Program-made: the position numbers and the translations under genes | Shown here: positions 9,417-20,079 of the stretch, piece by piece | Layout of the letters: each line of letters starts with the position of its first letter | How positions within the stretch are numbered: the stretch's first letter is position 1 | Virus record (IMG/VR): IMGVR_UViG_3300029305_001134 | Location: 36,080 to 100,079 of that record | Source of the DNA: a virus | Lineage: Duplodnaviria > Caudoviricetes | DNA length: 64,000 bases | Strand: one strand, 5' to 3' | The notes under the pieces: model-generated | What the model saw: only the letters and a program-made list of their open reading frames with translations | Databases searched by the model: none | Told to the model about the DNA's origin: nothing

Positions 9417-9695
9417 AGAAAGAAAGCATATCGAGAGAGGGAGACCGGCTCTACATTCAGTAGTGAAGAGTACGAACTATACAAACCGAGGCTCGAATCG
9501 AAAGATTGACAGTAATGGTCCAGAGGACGAATGGTCGTAGTGAATATCGGAGGCTGATATGCTATATATACTGATAACAATGTCGGAGATTTTGATATTA
9601 TAAGTATCGACGGCAGGCAAATGGTGCGCTGACTTGGGAGCAGTCTTTATGATCGATCCCTGGGAAAATTGGAACATTGTGTTTTATTTTTTCTT
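9417..9695 (+). ncRNA. Putative ~280-nt structured RNA (sRNA 2)
   Basis: Between motifs 9392 and 9697; no RBS-ORF; AGCATATCG (9425)/TGATATGCT (9555) stem; ATC-GAAA-GAT tetraloop hairpin; more GC-rich than flanks. Confidence 0.6.
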
Positions 9696-9742
9696 TTTCG
9701 CATAATATACAGCCTCTCTTATAGAAAAGATTATAGGAGGAT

Positions 9743-9952
9743 ATGATTATGGGTATCAGAGGATTGAAATGGATTAAATGTAAGAACGGACAGAAACCAA
9801 ATCGTGAGGTCGAACACAAAATACAAGACGAATCTCGCGTGAGGCAGATGGTTGAAACTGAATTGTATCTATTGAGTTGGGAGGTACGTAAAATCATGGA
9901 TGACATGAGATTGGAAAGAACAGTATTAAGCAAGTTACATAAGGCTAGCTAA
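9743..9952 (+). CDS. Cassette hypothetical protein
   Basis: AGGAGG RBS; motif at 9697. Confidence 0.7.
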   Translation: MIMGIRGLKWIKCKNGQKPNREVEHKIQDESRVRQMVETELYLLSWEVRKIMDDMRLERTVLSKLHKAS

Positions 9953-10050
9953 TGCTGGTCTTTTTTTTTTCTTCATATTCGTCCACTCGCGTTAATTACA
10001 TCGAATATTATAGAAACATATTAAATAAAATTACAATGGAGGATAAATAT

Positions 10051-10266
10051 ATGTTTAACGGTAAAGAGAGAAAGACTTTGTTGAAAGAGCTTGAAAGCAA
10101 GATTGAGGTATTACATTCGAACGTGATACTTATGGAACACGATTTTATGGCACTCAAAGATGGAGGTAGTGAATTATTTATTAAAGACTTTGAGTATCGT
10201 AAGGAAATGATTCGTAAGAATATGATCGACACGAATGTATTACTCACAAGACTGAAGGAACTGTAA
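10051..10266 (+). CDS. Cassette coiled-coil protein
   Basis: GGAGG RBS; motif at 9987. Confidence 0.7.
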   Translation: MFNGKERKTLLKELESKIEVLHSNVILMEHDFMALKDGGSELFIKDFEYRKEMIRKNMIDTNVLLTRLKEL

Positions 10267-10390
10267 CAGGTTCTTTCTCTTTTTTTTCTTTTCGAACATA
10301 GTGAGAACAGGTGAAACTTTAGTTGAACGTTCGCGTAAAAATCATATCCTCTAATGAAACTAAAAGTTTAAGAAAATGGAGGATTGGAAT

Positions 10391-10606
10391 ATGAGCGAAA
10401 CTAATAGAAATGGACAGATTATTGACTTCTTGAACAAATGGGATGAAATGCTTAAAGCGGCTAATGAAATCGAAGGATTTAAATGGGATTTCAAAGTCCG
10501 CATTACGAGTAATAATTCCCTGATTGAAGATAGAGTCAGAACTATCAATGGAATTAATGAATCGTTTAGTAGGAATCATATGACTTGGACGAGTAGTAAC
10601 AACTAA
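10391..10606 (+). CDS. Cassette hypothetical protein
   Basis: GGAGG RBS; motif at 10330. Confidence 0.7.
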   Translation: MSETNRNGQIIDFLNKWDEMLKAANEIEGFKWDFKVRITSNNSLIEDRVRTINGINESFSRNHMTWTSSNN

Positions 10607-10656
10607 AGAGGGCTTCGGCTTCTCTTTTATTTTATTTTGTAAGGAGTTGACACAAA

Positions 10657-11016
10657 TTGCGTTATCACTATGAAAAACCAGATCTATATCATTCTATGTA
10701 TGGTGAAAATTACGAATGCGATCATCCAGTTTACGATAGATGTACTTTATTCAAAATAGGTAAGAAAGGTTTAGCCGTAATTCAACAACGTTACGACCCA
10801 GAAACTAAAAATACATACTGGAACGAAATAGACCCCTGGCTTACTGACTCGATATATTTACATAAGAAATTTAAAGAATATTTTGATAAACGCTCAGGCG
10901 AATGCACGAATGGAATATATCCGACAGTTACGATTCGTCAATTAATGTGGAGCTTACGAATGAAACCAATATCTAAAGAACGTTGGGAGACTTGTTTCGA
11001 TAGACGAGAAATTTGA
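10657..11016 (+). CDS. Hypothetical phage protein
   Basis: AAGGAG RBS, TTG start, 119-aa ORF. Confidence 0.75.
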   Translation: MRYHYEKPDLYHSMYGENYECDHPVYDRCTLFKIGKKGLAVIQQRYDPETKNTYWNEIDPWLTDSIYLHKKFKEYFDKRSGECTNGIYPTVTIRQLMWSLRMKPISKERWETCFDRREI

Positions 11017-11067
11017 CGCGATGAAAACATACTCCTTTATGAAATATTAAATTAGGAGGTAACTTAT

Positions 11068-12330
11068 ATGAAGAAAGCATTATTATTTGTAACAGGAGCA
11101 GGTATTGGAGCAGTGACAGGATTTGTAGGAGCTGTAGTATGCTTACTCATTGGAGTTGCAGGAGAGGATAAAGTACTCTATGAAGACGACAAAATGAGAA
11201 TTAGAGCAGCAACTGATAGTACTGAAGCTGAAACAGGTTTTGCCGTGGTTACATATAAAAAGCAAACAACAGAAACCAACGAATAATATTCGGGGATTGA
11301 GGATTCATTACGAGTCCTCTTTCTTTCTGCTCGAATCCCATGAGAACAGGTGAAACTTTAGTTGAGCATTCGCGAAAAATACAGGACCTATTATAGAAAA
11401 TAACGGAAAATAAAATATGAAAGGAGAAAATTATCATGATGGAATTATTGAAAGTATTTGTTAACGTATGGTTTTTAGGCGGAGACATGTATAACAATAA
11501 TGATTATGGTGTTAGATTCTAATAAGAATTTGGCGTTATTAATCGAAAAGGCGAGTCTTAACTAAGGCTCTTCCTTTTACTTTCCATCATGATTCGCGAT
11601 ATTTACACGCTCCTTTATGAAATAATATTTAAGGAGGATAAAATATGATTATGTTTATGATTTTATTATTAATAGCAGGAGTTATACTGGCAATGTTTAG
11701 TGTGGTGGCAATCTTACTAATCGAGCCAATTGTATGTTTCCTGATTATCTATGGAATCTACAGATTGATCAAATTTATTAGAAAGAAACATTAACGAGAG
11801 GGGCTTAGGCTTCTCTTTTCTATTTAAACGAAGTGAGAACAGGTGAAACTTTAGTTGAACATTCGCGACTAATACAGCCTCTTTTGTGAAGAGAAAAGGA
11901 GGTAATTAGACATGAAAATCATAATGAATATACTAGTGACGATATTGGCGTTAGGGTTATTAGGATTGGCGTTGATTATCGCGTGTATATGCGTATTAGC
12001 ATTTTAAGATTATCGAATGGACAAATCGGATTGGGAGGATTGAATTATGATCCTCTTAGTCTTCATATTCGCGAAGAATACATACCCTTTAATGAAAGAT
12101 AAATCAAAATAAAACTAATTTAGGAGGAATTTATTATGTTGGAAATGATTGTATTAGGATTAACAATCGTAATTGGAATGGTGTTAGCTAGTTTAGCAAT
12201 GTTGGTGATAACATTCAAAATTATGCTTAGCAAGAAATGGATGTTATGGTTTGTTAAGAAATACATGAAAATGATTAATGAAATCACCGAAGAAGTGACA
12301 GAAGATTTATTAAAAGTTGAGGCTGAGTAA
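11068..12330 (+). CDS. Run of five single-gene cassettes, mostly hydrophobic peptides (11068-11286, 11436-11522, 11645-11794, 11912-12007, 12136-12330)
   Basis: Each has its own motif, GGAG(G) RBS and downstream hairpin. Confidence 0.7.
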
Positions 12331-12388
12331 AACCAGTCTCTTTCTTTTTTCATCAAAACGGATTCGCGAAATTTACAACGGATATTAT

Positions 12389-12540
12389 GAAAGAAAACTA
12401 ATATTCGAAAGGGCAGTGAAGTTGGAGGGCCGAAGATTGTCGGTACCGCATCGGGCACGTCGCTGAGGTGAAAACCTGACAAATGAGCGTGAGCAAAATA
12501 ACGGCGTCCTTCGAGTAGAACAATCCTAGAGTTTTCTTTT
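12389..12540 (+). ncRNA. Putative ~150-nt structured RNA (sRNA 3)
   Basis: AAAGAAAACT (12390)/AGTTTTCTTT (12530) perfect 10-bp closing stem; TATTCGAAAGGGC/GTCCTTCGAGTA inner stem; AGGT-GAAA-ACCT hairpin. Confidence 0.7.
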
Positions 12541-12599
12541 ACTTTCGCGAAATTTACAAGCTCCATTATAGGAAATACTATAAAAGGAGGATAAAGGAT

Positions 12600-12683
12600 A
12601 TGGCATTTATGATTATACCAGCATTGGTTATGACATTATGTGTATACGAATCCGTAATGGGTTGTATTACAAATTTAAGATAG
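12600..12683 (+). CDS. 27-aa hydrophobic peptide
   Basis: GGAGG/AAGGA RBS; own motif (12544) and hairpin. Confidence 0.55.
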   Translation: MAFMIIPALVMTLCVYESVMGCITNLR

Positions 12684-12748
12684 GGACAAATTATAAGTCT
12701 CTATTTTTCTTTTAATTCCATATTCGCGAAATTTACAAGTCCTTTTAT

Positions 12749-12843
12749 GAGAGAAAGATAAGGTAACTATTACCTAGAATGATCGCATTTTAAGAGCTGA
12801 GAAAAATGGGAATTGGCGGTAGCTTCATTCGTATCATTCTCTT
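12749..12843 (+). ncRNA. Putative ~95-nt RNA or structured leader (sRNA 4)
   Basis: GAGAGAAAGATA/TATCATTCTCTT closing stem; AGGTAA-CTA-TTACCT hairpin; GAATGA/TCATTC stem. Confidence 0.55.
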
Positions 12844-12889
12844 TTTGTTCTTCCTACTTCACAAATCCAACCGAAAGGTGTTGTCACAA

Positions 12890-13675
12890 ATGAATGGCCT
12901 AGTTAATAGCGTCAAAATATTTGGTAAACGTAATGCATCAACAATTCTTACAGTGGTAGGAGGCGTTGGCGTGTTAATTACTTCTATCATGGCAGTGAAA
13001 GCGACACCTAAAGCTATGACGATATTAGAACAAGCGAAGGATGAGAAAGGTGAAGAGTTAACTAAATTTGAGAAATTCAAAATGGCGGGTCCTAGTTATA
13101 TTCCAGCTACAATCGTAGGTATTGGGACGGTTACTTGTATATTCGGAGCTAACGTACTAAATAAACGTCAACAAGCAGCTCTAGTTAGTGCGTATACATT
13201 AGTAGATAGCTCCTACAAACAATATCGCCATAAATTAGTTGAATTATACGGTAAAGATACACATAATGAAATCGTGGACGCCATCGCCGTAGAAAAAGCT
13301 GAAGAAGTTGGGATTTATGCTGAAAGTCTATGTGCGAATACTTGTCTAACTGACGAAGAATCTTGCGGAGAACCAGTTTTGTTCTATGACGAATTCGGTG
13401 GAAGATATTTTGAGTCGACTATCGAACAAGTTATCGCGGCTGAGTATCATACAAATCGCAATTTTACACTACGTGGGTACGCAGTATTAAACGAACTATA
13501 CGAATTTCTCGGTTTAGAACCTACTGATTATGGTAATACAGTTGGCTGGGCTGTAGATAGCGACCTATATTGGATCGATTTCAATCATAGGAAGACTGTA
13601 CTTGAAGATGGACTCGAATGTTATATTCTAGAGTCTTACTGGTCTCCAAGTGCTGACTTTTTAGAATATTATTAA
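12890..13675 (+). CDS. DUF6353-like phage protein, paralog 1
   Basis: AVKATPKA...YIP...LNELYEFLGL...GW pattern shared with 14002 and 19123. Confidence 0.7.
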   Translation: MNGLVNSVKIFGKRNASTILTVVGGVGVLITSIMAVKATPKAMTILEQAKDEKGEELTKFEKFKMAGPSYIPATIVGIGTVTCIFGANVLNKRQQAALVSAYTLVDSSYKQYRHKLVELYGKDTHNEIVDAIAVEKAEEVGIYAESLCANTCLTDEESCGEPVLFYDEFGGRYFESTIEQVIAAEYHTNRNFTLRGYAVLNELYEFLGLEPTDYGNTVGWAVDSDLYWIDFNHRKTVLEDGLECYILESYWSPSADFLEYY

Positions 13676-13774
13676 TTACCGCACACAGGTGACAAAAATC
13701 GGTGATAAATTGTTAATGAATTCGCGGTGAAAACAAGCCGTATTATGAGAAAACTAATTTAGGAGGAATTTATA

Positions 13775-13945
13775 ATGAAAAACTTTAAATTTAATGGCGG
13801 ATTGTTTGGTTTTATTATGATTATTGGAGCTGCATTAGGCGCGGCTGCACAAGAAATGACCATGCAATCGATCGAGAAAAAACAAAAAGAACAGGATGAA
13901 CGTATCGCTAAATTGGAAGGTAAAAACGTAGGGGAGTCTCAGTAA
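13775..13945 (+). CDS. 56-aa cassette protein (not in ORF track)
   Basis: AGGAGG RBS; motif at 13721. Confidence 0.65.
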   Translation: MKNFKFNGGLFGFIMIIGAALGAAAQEMTMQSIEKKQKEQDERIAKLEGKNVGESQ

Positions 13946-14001
13946 TGAGGCTCTTTTATTTATTTTTATAAGGTTACACACATTAAGGAGGAGAATTAAA
14001 A

Positions 14002-14787
14002 ATGAATATGTCAAACGTAACTAAAGTATTAAAAACAATCGGAACTGGATTAAATAAACACAAGCCAGCGATTCTTACAGGCATGGGTATTGCTGCGGGT
14101 GTAACATCCACAGTATTAGCAGTTAAAGCCACACCAGATGCTATGGAATCTATCAAAATGGCAGAAGAAGAAAAAGGCGAAAAATTGACTAAAATGGAAG
14201 TTGTAAAAGTAACTTGGAAACATTATATCCCAGCGATTGCTACAGGGGTTACAGCGGGTGTATGTGTTGTTGGTGCTAATGCTGTTCATAATAAACGTAG
14301 TGCCGCTTTAGCAACTGCATGTCAGATTTCTGCGACAGCCCTTAACGAATACAAAGAGAAAACTATCGAGACTGTAGGTGAAGAAGCCGAGAAACAGATT
14401 CGTGAGAAAATTGTTAAGGATAGAAAAGATAAAGTTGAGAAAAAAACAGCGAGTGAGAATCATACTGTATTCGTTTCGGAAGATGGCGAATATACAATTC
14501 GTGAACCTTATTCCAATCAGACTTTTAGATCATCCGAAGAAAAAGTAATAAAAATCATGAATAATCTCAACGGACGAATGATCGATGGAGCTGAAATGTA
14601 TATGTCCGTAAATGAATTACTCGATGAATTCGGTTTGGACCATTACGAGTTGGGTGATGATATCGGATGGACCGTAAATGATCGAATTGATTTAATGATT
14701 GATGTAGAGAAATCAAAAACAGGCAAACCACGAGCTGTTATCAGATATTTGAACCCAGCAAAACATGATTTCAGAAAATTACACTAA
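14002..14787 (+). CDS. DUF6353-like phage protein, paralog 2
   Basis: AVKATPDA...YIPA...GW. Confidence 0.7.
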   Translation: MNMSNVTKVLKTIGTGLNKHKPAILTGMGIAAGVTSTVLAVKATPDAMESIKMAEEEKGEKLTKMEVVKVTWKHYIPAIATGVTAGVCVVGANAVHNKRSAALATACQISATALNEYKEKTIETVGEEAEKQIREKIVKDRKDKVEKKTASENHTVFVSEDGEYTIREPYSNQTFRSSEEKVIKIMNNLNGRMIDGAEMYMSVNELLDEFGLDHYELGDDIGWTVNDRIDLMIDVEKSKTGKPRAVIRYLNPAKHDFRKLH

Positions 14788-14858
14788 TTCGCGAAAAATA
14801 CAAGAACTATTATGAGATATTATTAATCTAATTTTTATACAAAGAAAGGAATATAATT

Positions 14859-15140
14859 ATGAAAAAAAATCAGGAAGTTGAAACAGTTAATGTAGAAACA
14901 GTTAATGTAGAAACAGCAGAGGTTGATAAAGCTGAAGTTGATAACATTGAACAGGAACCTAAGAAAGTTGGATTCTGGAAATCAAAAACAGGAAAAAACA
15001 TTATTAGAGTTACTGTAGGTCTTATCGCATTCGGTTTGGGAGCTACTGCCGCTTCATACGTGAACAGTAAGAAGAATGGAACAGCTACTGACGAAACAGA
15101 AGATGATTATTCTGAAGACGTGGAAATTACAGAATTTTAA
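14859..15140 (+). CDS. Cassette acidic membrane protein
   Basis: Motif at 14788; ETVNV tandem repeat; one TM helix. Confidence 0.7.
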   Translation: MKKNQEVETVNVETVNVETAEVDKAEVDNIEQEPKKVGFWKSKTGKNIIRVTVGLIAFGLGATAASYVNSKKNGTATDETEDDYSEDVEITEF

Positions 15141-15430
15141 GATTCTCAACAAGAGGGATTTACCTGTAACAGGGTATTTCCCTTTTTAGTTTTCAAAAGT
15201 AACAAGGAGGCTTTATGTACGAGGAATACCACAGATATGAATACGAAGGACCTGTTATGGAATTTGGTATTTGTATCGCTAATAACTGGAAGGGAGAAAC
15301 TGTAGCTCCAACCGAAAGAAAAGCAAGAAGTAACTTAGCGTATCAGTATAAAAAGAATAATAACAAATTATCTGATACGAGAATTACGTTACCAGGAAAA
15401 ATTACCATGATTTATTAAAAGGAGAATGCT

Positions 15431-15973
15431 ATGAAAAAAGAAACATTTGGAATTATTATGGGTGTTATTGGATTTGGATGTGCTATTTATACTGCTTATA
15501 AAGCGGACAAAATGTGCAAGAAAGTAGATAAGTCTATCGAGGATTTATCAGGCGATATTAAAGTCGACGTTAATGAAACTATTATCGAGAAAGCTGTAGA
15601 TAAAGCAGTTGAAAGAGACGTTAAAGAAGCTATCGATGTTGCTACAAATAAGATCATTAAAGATATTCGTAATGATATTCATAAACAGGTTAAAGATGCC
15701 GTTGACGATTCTTACTCTGATATTCGTAAGTCTGTTTCCGACGAGTTAGCGAGAAAGGTGTCTGACATTAACATTAACCGTCTGAAAGAAGATGTGACTT
15801 ATAAAGCCGAACAGAAAATCGTTGAGAAATTCGATGGTAATTTAGACGGTTTATTATCGAAGTTTAATAGTGATTTAGATAATGTATCTAAAATCTATAA
15901 TTCTATCGCCACAAACATTACTCGAAGTTATGGACAAAACAACAATAGCGGTATGACATTCAAAATCAATTAA
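15431..15973 (+). CDS. Membrane-anchored helical-repeat protein
   Basis: N-terminal TM helix; amphipathic repeats. Confidence 0.7.
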   Translation: MKKETFGIIMGVIGFGCAIYTAYKADKMCKKVDKSIEDLSGDIKVDVNETIIEKAVDKAVERDVKEAIDVATNKIIKDIRNDIHKQVKDAVDDSYSDIRKSVSDELARKVSDININRLKEDVTYKAEQKIVEKFDGNLDGLLSKFNSDLDNVSKIYNSIATNITRSYGQNNNSGMTFKIN

Positions 15974-15999
15974 TTCGACTTGAGAGGAGTGACTAAACA

Positions 16000-16596
16000 A
16001 TGGCAGAGTATCCATCTAATTCTCACCGCAGTAAAACAGAGGCTGCGGAAAGAGAAAAGAGAGTAGAAAAAGTAGTAAAAGGTAAAGCGAGCACTAGTAA
16101 AAACAACGGACGTAAATTCACGAATATATTTGTATCTGAGGATGCATCCAGTGTTAAGAAATATGTTATCGAGGATGTGTTGATTCCAACTGCCAAAGAT
16201 ACTATTGCGAATATCGTAAAGAACGTTATTGATATTATCTTATTCGGTGAATCGCAGGGCAATAGATCGCGTTCTAAGAGTAAGGTATCTTATCGCAGCT
16301 ATTACGATGATGAGAAAGAAAAAAGTCGTGCCACAACTTCCAGTCGTTCAAGATTCGATTACGATGACATCAAATTCGAAACAAGAGCCGAAGCAGAAGA
16401 AGTTCGTGACCAAATGGATAACGTAATCGAAACATACGGTCATGTAACTGTTGCTGATATGTACGATATGGCCGATTTAACAGCACCATACACAGCGAAC
16501 GATTACGGTTGGAAATCTGTAGTTAACGCTGATATTGTTCGAGCTCGTGATGGCGGATGGATTTTAAAATTACCTAACGCAAGACCTATTAACTAA
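16000..16596 (+). CDS. Phage protein with YGxVTxADxYD domain
   Basis: RBS; paralogous to 1004 and 17315. Confidence 0.75.
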   Translation: MAEYPSNSHRSKTEAAEREKRVEKVVKGKASTSKNNGRKFTNIFVSEDASSVKKYVIEDVLIPTAKDTIANIVKNVIDIILFGESQGNRSRSKSKVSYRSYYDDEKEKSRATTSSRSRFDYDDIKFETRAEAEEVRDQMDNVIETYGHVTVADMYDMADLTAPYTANDYGWKSVVNADIVRARDGGWILKLPNARPIN

Positions 16597-16956
16597 TTAG
16601 CGAATGACAGAAAGATAGAGGAATAAATATATGTCATTACTGTATGAAAAAATAAAAGAAATTCACTATTATAAACTACTAGATGATCGTATTAAAGTAT
16701 CTCACGGTGATTTATTAGGCAATCCGCATACTATCAGTCGATATTTTCAAGATGAAAACGGATGTATAAAAGTCGCAAGCGAACCTGGCAAAGTATTTTA
16801 CCGCGCTGTGTGGTTTGAGGAATCAAATTTAGAAGAAGCGAAAATAGCACTACTCGAATATCTTTCTGACCAGCGAGAAGAATTATCGACGAAATTAGAA
16901 AGTTTAGTTCGTTTAGTAAATATCGTCGAACAGACAGAATAAAAACCTTACAAAGG

Positions 16957-17280
16957 ATGTGCGTTACGATGATGTTAATGACCAAAGAGTTAGAGAAAAC
17001 ATTCGAGAAATATCCTATCGGTTCGCAAGAAGGAAAAATGGAAGACGCTGAAGTAGTAGTCAAGTATTTCAATCCATGTGGAGCTGGTACTTGGCTTATT
17101 ACAGAAGGCGAGAAACAATCAGACGGTGACTGGTTATTATTTGGTTACTGTCATATTTTCGAATGGGAATGGGGTTACGTGATGCTTTCTGAACTAGAGA
17201 GTGTGCGTCTACCTTTTGGTTTAAAAATCGAACGCGAAATGTATGTAACAGGTGGTAAGGTAAGAGATTATATTGATTAA
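16957..17280 (+). CDS. DUF2958-like protein
   Basis: VVVKYFNPCGAGTWLITE...EWGYV.LSEL...GLKIER. Confidence 0.7.
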   Translation: MCVTMMLMTKELEKTFEKYPIGSQEGKMEDAEVVVKYFNPCGAGTWLITEGEKQSDGDWLLFGYCHIFEWEWGYVMLSELESVRLPFGLKIEREMYVTGGKVRDYID

Positions 17281-17314
17281 CTGTATGTCATATATGAAAG
17301 GAGAAATTAATGCT

Positions 17315-17776
17315 ATGCGTAAAACAAATAAATATAATCCAGGATATTCAGATCCAATTTTCGAATCGTTAGAAGAAGCCAAGAATGTTTTAAATCAAAT
17401 GCATGAAATCATTAATGAATATGGGTTTGTGACCATTGCTGACATGTATGATTTGGCTGACTTAACTGCACCATATACGGCGAGTAAATACTGTTGGGAT
17501 GATTTGAGTGGATTTAAGATATTGTCTAACTATATCAATCAACACTATATTCTAAGAACTAATGAACGTACGCTAAAATCAACCGATGATGTATGTAAAG
17601 CGGCAGACATGTTGTACGAGAAATTGTATGAGAAAAAAGAAACACCTCCAGCATGGGTCTGTGAAGTTAGACTCAATCTCGAAGAAGTTATCGAGGATTT
17701 AATCAAACACGGATATCATTACTCAGATCCAATCGTGGTTAAATTGCGTGAAACTTACGAATTACTCAACAAATAG
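17315..17776 (+). CDS. YGxVTxADxYD-domain paralog
   Basis: ADMYDLADLTAPYTA is nearly identical to the same segment in 16000..16596. Confidence 0.7.
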   Translation: MRKTNKYNPGYSDPIFESLEEAKNVLNQMHEIINEYGFVTIADMYDLADLTAPYTASKYCWDDLSGFKILSNYINQHYILRTNERTLKSTDDVCKAADMLYEKLYEKKETPPAWVCEVRLNLEEVIEDLIKHGYHYSDPIVVKLRETYELLNK

Positions 17777-19122
17777 AAAGGAAAATGTTATGGAAGATAA
17801 AGCAAGAAAAGTCGGACAAGCTGTTGGAACGTTATTCGCTTATATTGTAGCTGGATGTATTTCTGCAACTGCGGTAGCTTTAACGGTTAAATTTATCATG
17901 TGGTTATTCTAGGAGGTAATAAATGAGCGATAGAATCAACATGACAGTAAAAGATTTGAGAGATATTTTAAAAGAGTTACCTGATGACATGGACGTAATT
18001 ATTCCAGTTGTTGATGAAGACGATGCAAATTATATCGTATCTTTCAGACATGTCCGTACAGCTGGAATTCTTAAACATCATTATGTACCAGAGCCAGCGT
18101 TATGTATCAGTACCTCCGCGGACGGAGTTGATATGCATACATTGATCAAACTGTTTAATGGTGACGTTACGTGTGAGAAAGTATTATTTTGAGGTGATGC
18201 GATGACAAATGAAAGATTCAAAGAATTACTCGAAGAATTAGATGGTAATAGTGTTAAAACTTTAGCTGAGAAAAATGCTAGATATTCCGCAGACAGTGGT
18301 GACGCATTACACAATTTCAAAGAGGGTGCCGAGATTGCAGGTGGTACTCCGGCTCAGGCTTGTTGGGGTTATATGACCAAACATCTTGTAGCCCTCCGAG
18401 ACAAAGTAGAACGAAACGATTTCTCTGACAAGGAAGACTTCTTAGAAAAATGCCAAGATACGATTAATTATATTCGTTTCTTATGGTGTATTGGGAATGA
18501 AGGTGGAACTATCGAGCATAACTGCAAAAATATTAAAATGACAGTTACTGATAAATGCGGAAAAACTTCTACGTTAGAAACGAAAGATGCGGGTGATATC
18601 TCAGTAACGGTTAGTGAGAAAGACGACCGTGATCCAATCGTTCTTAATATTTACGAACGTATATCTGACAGAAAATTAGCCAATATCTAAAATCTGCCAA
18701 ACCGATAATTGAAGATATCAACGGTTTTGAATTTACCGTTACGTATACTTCGTCCGTCGGACAAATAAAAAATGCATACCCACGAGACAAATATTATTAC
18801 GAGATTATCTAAAAAAAAAAGGAGAATGCCATGTATTATAAATTAGAAAGTGTTAATGGAGTCCTCAATAGAGTCCTCATTATACCGAATACAAAAGATT
18901 TAACATTTATCATTCTCGGAAAATCTGGACCTACAGGTAAAACTTGGCTATGTAATGAACTTAGAGCACGTGGGTTAAATGCTATTGAAATAAGCGAACA
19001 GATATGTTCATTCGTTGGCTATAAGACTTATAACAACGAAAATTATATTACTACAATCGGACGCGATAACCAGGTAGTAATAGTTTTAAATAAAAGACTT
19101 AAATAAAAAGGAGAGAACAATC

Positions 19123-20079
19123 ATGACAAAAGTAGAATTAATGAATAAAGCAAGTAGAGCTATGCATAAAGTAGCTTTCAAATTTAAAAAACACAGCCCT
19201 GAAATTATGATTGTGACAGGTGTTGTTGGTGTTGTAACAAGTGCGGTAATGGCTTGTAAAGCTACTACTAAACTTAGTGAAATTATGGAAGAAGCAAATA
19301 ATCAGATTGACGAAATCAAATACGCGATGGAACATCCTGAAACCGTGCCAGCAACTTCCAAAGGAGAATATACAGAAGAAGCTGGTAAGCATGATTTGAC
19401 TATCACTTATGCGAAAACAGGATTTGAATTGTTTAAACTCTACGCTCCAGCTGTAGGTGTAGGCATTGCTTCTATTACTATGATTCTTGCAGGTCACAAT
19501 ATTACTCGTAAGCGTTTGGCGGTTTCTACAGCAGCTTATACAGCACTCGATACAGCATTCAAAGATTATCGTGGACGTTTGATCGAACGATTCGGTAAAG
19601 ATTTGGACAAAGAATTACGATACAACTTAAAAACAAAAGAAGTAGAAGAAGTAATCGTGAATGAAGATGGCTCTGAGACTATCGTTAAGAAAACAGTCGA
19701 GGAAGTTGACAATCCATTGGCATTGTACAGCGATTATGCTAAATTCTTTGACGCTAGCTGCCCAGATTTCGAAAAAGACCCAGAACTTAACTTTATGTTC
19801 TTACGTGCTCAGGAACGTTATGCGAATGAACAGTTAAAACGTAAAGGTTATATGTTTTTGAATGATGTATACGAATTAGTTGGTATTCCACGTACAAAAG
19901 CAGGGCAGTTCGTTGGTTGGATTTACGACGATAAAAATCCAGAACATGACGGTGATAATTTCATCGATTTCGGTATTACAGACAGAACTAAAGAAGGTAG
20001 TCGTTTGTTTGTTAACGGTCGCGAAAGTGTTATTCTGTTAGACTTCAACGTTGACGGACCTATCGTTGATTTAATCTGA
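19123..20079 (+). CDS. DUF6353-like phage protein, paralog 3
   Basis: ACKATTK...FLNDVYELVGIPRTKAGQFVGW...LDFNVDG. Confidence 0.7.
   Translation: MTKVELMNKASRAMHKVAFKFKKHSPEIMIVTGVVGVVTSAVMACKATTKLSEIMEEANNQIDEIKYAMEHPETVPATSKGEYTEEAGKHDLTITYAKTGFELFKLYAPAVGVGIASITMILAGHNITRKRLAVSTAAYTALDTAFKDYRGRLIERFGKDLDKELRYNLKTKEVEEVIVNEDGSETIVKKTVEEVDNPLALYSDYAKFFDASCPDFEKDPELNFMFLRAQERYANEQLKRKGYMFLNDVYELVGIPRTKAGQFVGWIYDDKNPEHDGDNFIDFGITDRTKEGSRLFVNGRESVILLDFNVDGPIVDLI

Larger units (their letters stand above)
6674..14814 (+). promoter_or_regulatory. Cluster 2 of TCGCG-N16-TTAT element, 21 copies (6674, 7011, 7378, 7554, 7889, 8426, 9113, 9392, 9697, 9987, 10330, 11016, 11369, 11593, 11862, 12068, 12363, 12544, 12723, 13721, 14788)
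   Basis: Consensus TTCGCGAAAW(W)TACA-N5-YWTTATRGAAA read directly from the sequence; roughly one per small gene or RNA. Confidence 0.85.

Noticed and set aside
446-14814. CRISPR array or classical integron attC array
   Set aside because: Repeats are degenerate and separated by whole genes; no cas operon or IntI tyrosine recombinase; hairpins use G-U pairs like RNA terminators
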